Assembly (NCBI GenBank): GCA_000320545.1
Contig: ADNK01000140.1
Span: 186,001-250,000 of the forward strand
Direction of reading: 5' to 3'
DNA: 64,000 nt
Source of the DNA: Bigelowiella natans CCMP2755
Taxonomy: Eukaryota; Protista; Cercozoa
Position numbers and translations under genes: made by a program. The notes beneath the pieces were generated by a model, which did not search any database, was not told the DNA's origin, and saw only the letters and a list, made by a program, of their open reading frames with translations. The number at the start of each line of letters is the position of its first letter. Within the stretch, counting starts at the first letter, position 1. Positions 32,601-40,420 of the stretch are shown piece after piece.

Positions 32601-35600
32601 ATGTCACAGCAGCTAGAAGAACAGCAGGACTTTGGCTCGCAGGCCGTGCAAGGGCACGAGCAGAAACAGGAAAGGAAGGGCGATACGGACGCTAAGGAAG
32701 GAGGAGGAACACCTCCACAGGCACCGCCGGGACCAGCACCCGGGATTAAGAAAGCAGATGCAGCAGCAGAGGCACTGGAGAACTTCTACGAGGCGGACGA
32801 CGAGGACGTGGCCGCCGAAAGCAAGAAGGTCGTAATGGCATTACGAGCCTTGCGACCCAGGGCGAGCAACTACGCCAAACTGAAAGTATCGATAGAATAC
32901 AAGTATCAGACACATGATGTTTGGGCAGCTATCATGCAGGACATCATGGATTACGAAGCAGACTTACCTCCAGAGTGGGCAGCTTTGTTTAGGAACGACG
33001 GGGGTCTGGGCGCCTCGCGGGGGACGACCCAGAGCACCGTCAAGCAGCAGCAGCCGGTACAGCGGAACACCCAGTTCATGTCTGTTAAAACAGCACCGGT
33101 TATGATAACGAAATACAACGGGAAAAGAGGTGAGGCAAGGAGGTGGTGGAAGAACGCTAGGAGTATACTCTGCGACTTTACCCCTAACCCCACCGAAAAC
33201 GACAAGCTCAAATGGCTAGCTATAATAAAGCAAGCCATGGACCTTTACGAGACAGGCAGGACCCGGATCAGGCAGCTAGAGAAAATACACACTACAGTTA
33301 GTGGGCTACGAGACGTTGAGGCGATAATGAAGGCTTTTGTAAATGAACAGGATGCTAACTCCCTACCCCAGGCTATTAGAAAATACAGAGCAATGATGCA
33401 GCATGAGAGAGAACCTGTTAGAGACTTTGCCACGCGCTTCCAGGATATGATCGACGAACTACATGATTTTAATTACAACACAGGTGATGATCAGGCAAGG
33501 TTTGAAGAGTTCAAGTTAAAGATAAAGGAATCCACTTACGTTACGGAGAAAGGCTACACCACGATGGAGGCAGCAGTGCAGGCTATATCCCTACGCGAGC
33601 AGGAGCAGGACCGCAAGTTTACCAGCCCTAAGGTACCTGGCATAGGAAACATTAACGCTATTAAGCCGCAGCGAGACTGGTACAAGGACAGGGAAGGTAA
33701 CCGACGTTGCGGATACTGCTCACGTAAAGGGAAACACACCGCTAAAGACTGCAGAGACAGGAAAGAAGGACGACCCAGGATGACGATCAGGCAGCTCAAC
33801 GAACACTACGAGAAGTTAAAGAGAAAGAAAGGCAGAGGACAAGGATATAACAACAGCAAATGGCAAGGCAGCAACAACGGGAAGAACAATAAATATAAGA
33901 ACAAAAAGCAGAACAGTATCAATGCTATACAGCAGCAGATAAACGGAATATTAGATCACCTTAAGCAGGCGCCGACGAAGACAGCAGTACCAGCAACGCA
34001 GGACCAAGACAAGCCCATGACCCTAGACGACATAAAGAACTTAGGAGTATGCAACATTAATGACGAAGACGCTAACAGGACTATCAAAGTTGCTATGACC
34101 AAGGTTAAAGTTAAAGACAGCTACGGAGACTACAAGAAACTACCTGCCCTTTGGGATAGTGGCAGCATGCCGAAGTCCTTCATAAGCCTAAGCACAGTAA
34201 GAAGGTTAGGACTATTGGATCAAGTGACTAAGAAAGAACGTAAATATGCTCAAGCAGACGGAAGCTCTTCCATGAAGACCGTCGGTGAGCTAATGCTAAA
34301 GCTACAGATACCTGGCAGCGACGCGGAGACCCAAATCAAGACCCGAGTAGCCATGACTTTATCCATGGAACTACTCCTCGGACAGGATGCCCTAGAAAAA
34401 TTAGGGGGGATCATATCATTCTACAATCACAAGATATACTTTGCTAAGTTGCCAAAGAAGTCAGGCAGGACCATCAGCCAGAACATGATACGGCTTGACG
34501 AGTGGACCTCTGAGTCAAGCGTTAATGCGTTAGAGTTTATGGACCTAGCGGACAACAAGCTACCTACACCTACCGAGCTACGGAAGAAGAACCCCGGCAA
34601 GACCATCCGACAGATAACGGAGCTACTGGACAAGACCCCCCCAGCTGATGATTGGGATATCGACAAAGGCAAAAAGTACATTAATAAAATATTAAACGAG
34701 AAGTACTCTGACATCACCAAGCCGACGACGAAGCCCTCCAGCAAGCTTACCCCAGTAAAGATCGAGCTAAAGAAGGGATACGAAGAGTGCATCATCAATG
34801 ACCCAGAACATAGGCGACCGGAAGCGGACTGGGAAAAGATAGAGTGGCAGATCAATGAATGGGCAAAGGAAGGGAAGATAGAGCCAAGCAACTCACCATG
34901 GAACGTGAGACATGTGCTAGCTAAGAAACCTACTTACCCTTTCTTCCGCCTGGCGCACAACTTCATCCGCCACAACCGAGTAATAAAGAGGATCCAGACA
35001 CCTACACCAAGGATAGATGACGTTATTGAACACGTCATAGGATACAAATACTACTCTTCCCTAGATAAAAATGAATCATACATGCAGACACCCATCCACA
35101 AAACCTCCCGCCCCATTACCGCGTTCTCCAGCAGGCACAGGAAGTGGCACTTCGTCGTATTCCCTTACGGCCTAAGCATATCAGGGGATGCGTTCAGTAG
35201 TCAGAACTACAGGGCATACACACATGATGGGATGGCGTCTGTGTTGTGGGTGTTTGTGTTTGTGTATGTGGATGATGACATAATATGTACCAACACAGTC
35301 GTCGCTCAGATCTTCCTCCTGGAAAATATATTTATTAGGTTTGCACACTTCGGTTTTACTATTAGACTGCAGAAGTGTACATTCCTAGCTACAAGAATCA
35401 AGTGGTGTGGATATTACCTGGAGCAAGGCCGCATCACCCCAAACCCCGAGAAAGTAGCAGCACTACAGCAAGCCCCTAAACCTAAGAATGCAAAGGAGTT
35501 AAAGTCATTCTTGCAGACTGCAGCTTGGATACTACGTAGGTTCTCCCCTACCTACGCTAGGACTGCAGCTGCTTTTACTACTGCTTACCGGAAGGAGAAC

Positions 35601-37574
35601 TCTGTAGGCCTCAGCTTCGCTAAGGTGTGGGCCAAGGCTGGCCTTGATGCCCACTTCGATAACCTAATAAAGTTATGCAGCAACACCCTATTGAATGCTA
35701 AGCTAGACACTACTAGACCAGCTACCCTATGGACAGACTGGTCTAAGCTAGGTATGGCTGCTGTACTTACCCAAGACCAGCAGATCATACGGGTGTGGGG
35801 CAGGGCCTGCACAGCAGCTGAGGCCAAGTACAGCCCTACAAAAGGAGAGTATAAAGCCATGACTGAGGCGCAGAGGAAACTAAGATACTACCTGCTGTCG
35901 GTGCCCAGCTTCACCTTAATGACTGACCACAAGCCCCTCCTAGGCATCGACCGCAAGCTCGAAGCGCCTAACGATGAGTATGCAGCTATGAGGGCGGACA
36001 CGGAAGAGTTTAGGGACAAGAGGACAGTGGTCTACGCACCAGGAGACAAGCAGCTTGCTGACTATTTCAGCAGGCTGTTCGAAAAGAAAGTCCCTACCCA
36101 GGTCACCCCTATGGTTAACGCGATTACCTTCGAGGACGGCGACTTCCTGCCTGAGCCAGAGGAGCTCCAGCACCTTCAAGAACACCTGGATAAATACAAA
36201 CACAAGCATGAGGTACTTAGTGATAGGATATATGTATACACTAATAATGTTAGGCGTACCTACGTGCCACGGCGGACCAGGGGAGCCCTTCTCTTTACCG
36301 CCCATGGACCTGCACACGTAGGAGAAAACCATATCACTGCTCTACTCTACCATTACTACTGGCCCTACAAGCTAAAAGAGATAAGGACATACCTGCGTGG
36401 CTGCAGGTGCTCCAGCTTGAAGGCGGCAGGCGTCGCCACCAAGGAGTCCAGCAAGAGCCGTGCATCTAAGAAAATCAAAGCAAGGAACTTCTTAGATATC
36501 GTGCAAATTGATGTTTATAAGTACGATGGCTATCACTACCTTACCTTCGTTGATGTGGCCACTGGAAAGTGCTGGGTTAAAAAGATTATCAAGGTCAACG
36601 TTGCTAAGAAGAACAAAGGCTTATATAAGCAGAGGCTTACTAACTGCTACCGTACCTGGGAGTCTGAGCTCCAGGCTATCCCTGATGAAGTTAGCATAAA
36701 CAAGATACCAAAGAAGTTACATGTGGATAATGAGACCTCTCTTCTACAGCTACCACACCCTAATATTGATGCCTCACCTGTATACTATGCCCAGTCCAAC
36801 TCCAAGGTAGAGCGACTCCACCGCACCTTGGCCAACCTAAGCAGGATAAATAGCACCACACCAGACAAGATACAAGGGTTAGTAAACGACACCTTCACGT
36901 CTGGGGGAGGTATCAAGGATAAGGAGAGGGAAGAAGGCGACGACAACGACGACGATACCGAGAGCGAAGACGAGAAGGTCCCGTACGATGGCCGAGTTCT
37001 AAAGGAAGGACAGTATGTTAGGGCCAAGGTAAATCTGAGATCGAGAAATAAACAAGACCCCTTCTGGGGTGGCGTTGCAAAGGTTACCGAGAGGAAGGGG
37101 AGGAAGCAGTACTACATCTATGATGGGAACAGGGTCACCTTGCGCCACATCAGTCACCTAAAGAATTATGATATCGGTGAGAAGCTCCTAGAGGATGTTA
37201 AAGTAAACCCTACTGTGTGGGAGCGAGCAATGCCTTGTTTAGGACCCCGACCTAAGTTCGATGTGGAATATGGAAACAATAAGGTCAGGGTGAACGACGA
37301 TTGGCGCATGAAGATTGTCTATCTAGGCTACCCTGGATTACGAAATATGGAGAGGGTAGCTATGAAAATAAAGGACGGAAAATATCAGCTACTCTACCTA
37401 GCTGTTCCCGACTTACCCTTTGAGCACTGGTATAAGGTCCTGGGGGACCTTGATGCAGAGGGCTGGTATGGACACGAACCTAAGGACGAAGGTGAGTTCT
37501 GGGTAAGCGACAAAGGAGATAAGGTTAGAGAGGAATCTATTACCTGGTGGTTGGTGAAGTTCCGAAAGCGATGA
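32601..37574 (+). CDS. Gag-Pol polyprotein: Gag, zinc knuckle, aspartic protease, RT, RNase H, integrase, extra C-terminal domain
   Basis: 1657-aa single ORF. Motifs: CGYCSRKGKHTAKDC knuckle (~33708), ALWDSGS protease (~34155), LDKNESYMQ / FPYGL / YVDD RT (35265), TDWSKLG / TDHKPL / ADYFSR RNase H, HGPAH...CRC zinc domain, and QID / VDNE / SNSKVER integrase core. Confidence 0.97.
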   Translation: MSQQLEEQQDFGSQAVQGHEQKQERKGDTDAKEGGGTPPQAPPGPAPGIKKADAAAEALENFYEADDEDVAAESKKVVMALRALRPRASNYAKLKVSIEYKYQTHDVWAAIMQDIMDYEADLPPEWAALFRNDGGLGASRGTTQSTVKQQQPVQRNTQFMSVKTAPVMITKYNGKRGEARRWWKNARSILCDFTPNPTENDKLKWLAIIKQAMDLYETGRTRIRQLEKIHTTVSGLRDVEAIMKAFVNEQDANSLPQAIRKYRAMMQHEREPVRDFATRFQDMIDELHDFNYNTGDDQARFEEFKLKIKESTYVTEKGYTTMEAAVQAISLREQEQDRKFTSPKVPGIGNINAIKPQRDWYKDREGNRRCGYCSRKGKHTAKDCRDRKEGRPRMTIRQLNEHYEKLKRKKGRGQGYNNSKWQGSNNGKNNKYKNKKQNSINAIQQQINGILDHLKQAPTKTAVPATQDQDKPMTLDDIKNLGVCNINDEDANRTIKVAMTKVKVKDSYGDYKKLPALWDSGSMPKSFISLSTVRRLGLLDQVTKKERKYAQADGSSSMKTVGELMLKLQIPGSDAETQIKTRVAMTLSMELLLGQDALEKLGGIISFYNHKIYFAKLPKKSGRTISQNMIRLDEWTSESSVNALEFMDLADNKLPTPTELRKKNPGKTIRQITELLDKTPPADDWDIDKGKKYINKILNEKYSDITKPTTKPSSKLTPVKIELKKGYEECIINDPEHRRPEADWEKIEWQINEWAKEGKIEPSNSPWNVRHVLAKKPTYPFFRLAHNFIRHNRVIKRIQTPTPRIDDVIEHVIGYKYYSSLDKNESYMQTPIHKTSRPITAFSSRHRKWHFVVFPYGLSISGDAFSSQNYRAYTHDGMASVLWVFVFVYVDDDIICTNTVVAQIFLLENIFIRFAHFGFTIRLQKCTFLATRIKWCGYYLEQGRITPNPEKVAALQQAPKPKNAKELKSFLQTAAWILRRFSPTYARTAAAFTTAYRKENSVGLSFAKVWAKAGLDAHFDNLIKLCSNTLLNAKLDTTRPATLWTDWSKLGMAAVLTQDQQIIRVWGRACTAAEAKYSPTKGEYKAMTEAQRKLRYYLLSVPSFTLMTDHKPLLGIDRKLEAPNDEYAAMRADTEEFRDKRTVVYAPGDKQLADYFSRLFEKKVPTQVTPMVNAITFEDGDFLPEPEELQHLQEHLDKYKHKHEVLSDRIYVYTNNVRRTYVPRRTRGALLFTAHGPAHVGENHITALLYHYYWPYKLKEIRTYLRGCRCSSLKAAGVATKESSKSRASKKIKARNFLDIVQIDVYKYDGYHYLTFVDVATGKCWVKKIIKVNVAKKNKGLYKQRLTNCYRTWESELQAIPDEVSINKIPKKLHVDNETSLLQLPHPNIDASPVYYAQSNSKVERLHRTLANLSRINSTTPDKIQGLVNDTFTSGGGIKDKEREEGDDNDDDTESEDEKVPYDGRVLKEGQYVRAKVNLRSRNKQDPFWGGVAKVTERKGRKQYYIYDGNRVTLRHISHLKNYDIGEKLLEDVKVNPTVWERAMPCLGPRPKFDVEYGNNKVRVNDDWRMKIVYLGYPGLRNMERVAMKIKDGKYQLLYLAVPDLPFEHWYKVLGDLDAEGWYGHEPKDEGEFWVSDKGDKVREESITWWLVKFRKR

Positions 37575-37616
37575 AGGTCTAAGGGAATAAGGAAGGAAGG
37601 AAGGAGCAACGTGACT

Positions 37617-37625
37617 TGGGGGAGG
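37617..37625 (+). promoter_or_regulatory. Polypurine tract
   Basis: (T)GGGGGAGG directly abuts the 3' LTR, preceded by a purine-rich run at 37581-37606. Confidence 0.85.
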
Positions 37626-37951
37626 TGTAGCGCGTACCACTACGCGGGCACAAGTCACGTGCGACAACAAAGGGGTTGTCGCGGATATAGAATATAGATA
37701 ACGTAGATATTAATACAGCATAGGCACGTGGGTTCCGGCGGGACTCATGGCAGCACACCGGAAGTGTGCTGCCCCACGTGCGGCGGCATTCGCGAAAGCT
37801 TCGCGAATGATTACGCAGTGCACGATTTAATAAAAATATAATCTTTAATAAAAATAAACACAACTCTTCAAAAGGAAGCAAACGTGCCTTTCCCCCCCCC
37901 TGCCTACTTGTGCACGTAGCGCCTCGGCCTGTGAACACCTTACGCGCAACA
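37626..37951 (+). repeat. 3' LTR (326 bp)
   Basis: Direct repeat of 32236-32561, followed by TSD TTGT. Confidence 0.97.
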
Positions 37952-37955
37952 TTGT

Positions 37956-38044
37956 TTCGAGGCACTGCGTTTCGCACACTGCAAACGGCTTGCAACGTTT
38001 TGGAAGTGCAGTTCATCATCATTGTTTCATTGTTTCATTGTTTC
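37956..38044 (+). repeat. Short dispersed repeat, copy A (SINE-like or 5'-truncated non-LTR 3' end) with a (CATTGTTT)n tail
   Basis: The core TCGAGGCACTGCGTTTCG...TGCAAAC...CGTTTTGGAAGTGCAG recurs on the minus strand at ~38318-38378, ~38428-38520 and 63611-63699. Confidence 0.8.
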
Positions 38045-38289
38045 AAGTCCTCGCTTCATCGTTCTGAACTTCTTTCAGGACACGGTGAACGAGTCAGCGT
38101 GTTGTGTCCCATGATCCTTCATTCACCTGCTCTGATGGAAACACTTCTTTCTTTCTTTCTTGTGCTCTGCACGTGTGTTGCTTGAGGCGCGTCTTCACTG
38201 CTGGACTGGTTCACGTCAGCAGCGCAGCGCGTTGTCAGTGCTGGAGTGCATCGTGTTGATTGTCAACTTGTCACCAATGTTTCAATGTT

Positions 38290-38525
38290 TTTGAGTGAAT
38301 GAGCGAATGAATTCGATGAAGACTGCACTTCCAAAACGTGACGTGATGTTTGCAAAGCACGAAACGCAGTGCCTCGAGCTGAGTCTAGCGAGGTCTTGAA
38401 ACTGGTGCATGATGCCATGACAATGTTTTGAATTGAATTGAATTGAATTGAATTTGACAATGGACACGTTCCCAAAACACTTCGTGACGTTTGCAACGTG
38501 CGAAAACGCAGTGCCTTGAGCTGAC
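38290..38525 (-). repeat. Two further tandem copies (B, C) of the same dispersed repeat with different simple-repeat tails
   Basis: AAACGCAGTGCCT(C/T)GAGCTGA at ~38362 and ~38504. Tails on the + strand are (GAAT)-like at ~38295-38312 and (TTGAA)5 at 38428-38452. Confidence 0.75.
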
Positions 38526-39590
38526 CACAGACACAGCACACTTGTGCTGAATCCAGCGCGAGGTCTGATCGTTTTGGGCATGACGACGTTCAACTTGTTC
38601 AACCCTTCTGGCCTTTCTGATCGGCAGAATTGCGTCCACGTCCGACGAGCTCTGGAGCTGCGAGTGACCTGGTGACTCTCTGCAGCCAGCACTTGCGTGT
38701 GGCACACAGTGAGCTGGTGCCACGCACGCTGATTGTCACACACACAAGCTGGTCGCACAAAGCACACGGCAGTTGCCTCCAATCCGCACCATGCACATCC
38801 GCACGCACTTTTGGCACTTTCCCGTGAGCTGCGTGACTTTGCCTGGCCAGCTGGCCTCCTTCCCCGTTGCTGGCTTGTGCATCCTTCGACTTTTTCACTG
38901 GGAGTTGCACGCCTGGACGTTGCTGTGCCCATGATCAACAATGATGATGACTAGATGATGGTTGGCAGCCTGCTAGCCTGCCCCTGAACCAAGCACGTGC
39001 CAGCGAGGCTCCTCAGAACCTTTGGAAAACTTGGAAACCGATCAGGTTTCGATCGCACGAATCGGCAAAGTCCAGAAGTGGGAGCTCTGCAGGCGCGAGC
39101 ATCGTTGTGCATTGTTCCAGTGTTGTGTGTGCAAGTGAAACTTCCAACTGGCACTGTGCACATCGATCGGTCTGAAAAAAAGGAAGTGACTGGAGTTTCT
39201 TGCCAGCTTGGTGCTTGGGCCAGTGCGACCTTCATTGGCGGTTGCGGTGTCCTGCCTGGGTCGCGCGCAAACTTTTTGCTGCAGTTGCGTGGTGGCGTGC
39301 AGCATCGTTGTGTTTCATGCCCGTGCACGCACGCCCGAGCCATCATGGACACGCACACTCACTGGCTCAACGCACATCGCACGCACTTCACGCGCTGCCA
39401 GCGCTGGCGTGCCACGTCCAGTCCAGCTAGCCAGCAGTGAGCGGCAATGTGCGGTTCACACACACGTGCATTGCTCAACCAAGCTTGTGTGCTCTGAGCA
39501 CGTCCAAAGCATTGAAATGAGGATGGTCGCCCGTGAGAACGTGCGGCGCCACGTCGCGGTGACTGTTCGTTTGTGGTTTTTGTGCGCACA

Positions 39591-40231
39591 AACCACTTTT
39601 TCAGAACGATTTTTCGATGAAAGTTTCAATGCCTCAAGCAATTTCAGCGACAAAACGACTTTCCTGCCGATATTTGACAACAAATGGCATACTTTTTTTT
39701 TTTGGGTGCACTTTGAACAAACCCTCAGATATCAAAGCATTCATTTGCTTCCTCAACACAATTTTTTTGAGACCAATTTTCGAGAAAAGGTTCAATTCTC
39801 CATGGCAATTTCAACACAAATGCAACTTCGACGTGATATTTTCTAAAAAACATCATGATTTTGGTCTTTTCAGCGAATTTCGGACAAATCATCAAAAATC
39901 ATTTTTTTTTTTTTGCGGATAAACCACTTTTTCAGAACGATTTTTCGATGAAAGGATCAATGCTCTATGCAATTTTAGCGATAAAATGAACTTCTTGCCG
40001 TGTTTCAACAACAAATGGTATGTATATCTATTTTTTGGTGCATTTTGAATGAATCCTCAGAAATCAAATTTCTAATTTGTTTCCTTAACATGATTTTTAG
40101 ATCAATTTTCGAGAAAAGGTTCAATTCTCCATGGCAATTTCAACACAAACACATCTTCGAAGTGACATTTTCTAACAAAACATCATGATTTTGGTTTTTT
40201 CGGTGAATTTCGGACAAGTCATCAAAAATCA
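39591..40231 (+). repeat. Diverged ~330-bp direct tandem duplication
   Basis: Both copies start AACCACTTTTTCAGAACGATTTTTCGATGAAAG (39591, 39922), share CAATTTTCGAGAAAAGGTTCAATTCTCCATGGCAATTTCAACACAAA, and end TCATCAAAAATCA (~39901, 40231). Confidence 0.92.
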
Positions 40232-40420
40232 AAGTGATCATCCTCCCCCCTCTACCAACCAGTGAGAACTAATCCACTGATCCTAGTAAACGCATCAACT
40301 GCCATGAGAGAAACGACCGAAGCAACACATTAACAAACACATTGGTTTTCACATGTTGTTGGAACCTCTTTGCAGATTCGAAAACGCTCACCCGGATTCG
40401 TTGCCACGCTGAAGCTGCTC

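Larger units (their letters stand above)
32236..37951 (+). mobile_element. Full-length Ty3/Gypsy (Metaviridae-type) LTR retrotransposon, recent insertion
   Basis: 326-bp direct LTRs (TGTAG...CAACA) at 32236-32561 and 37626-37951. 4-bp TSD TTGT at 32232-32235 and 37952-37955. PBS and PPT present; domain order PR-RT-RH-IN. Confidence 0.97.

Noticed and set aside
32236-37951. DIRS or Ty1/Copia classification of the retroelement
   Set aside because: There is no tyrosine recombinase; it has direct LTRs, a TSD and a DDE integrase located after RT-RH, which is the Ty3/Gypsy order.
38428-38452. (TTGAA)5 as a telomeric or centromeric repeat
   Set aside because: Only five units, attached to a dispersed-repeat copy as its tail; no telomere-type array was seen in the window.
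37952-39670. Fungal-type RIP or CpG-methylation decay as the cause of the skew
   Set aside because: RIP would enrich TpA and deplete CpA/TpG, and 5mC decay would deplete CpG. The opposite, or neither, is seen.
38263-39846. Dense overlapping Cys/His/Ala-rich ORFs on both strands (up to 219 aa)
   Set aside because: These are expected artefacts of TpA loss: TAA, most TAG and Tyr codons cannot occur, so frames stay open. No recognisable domains.
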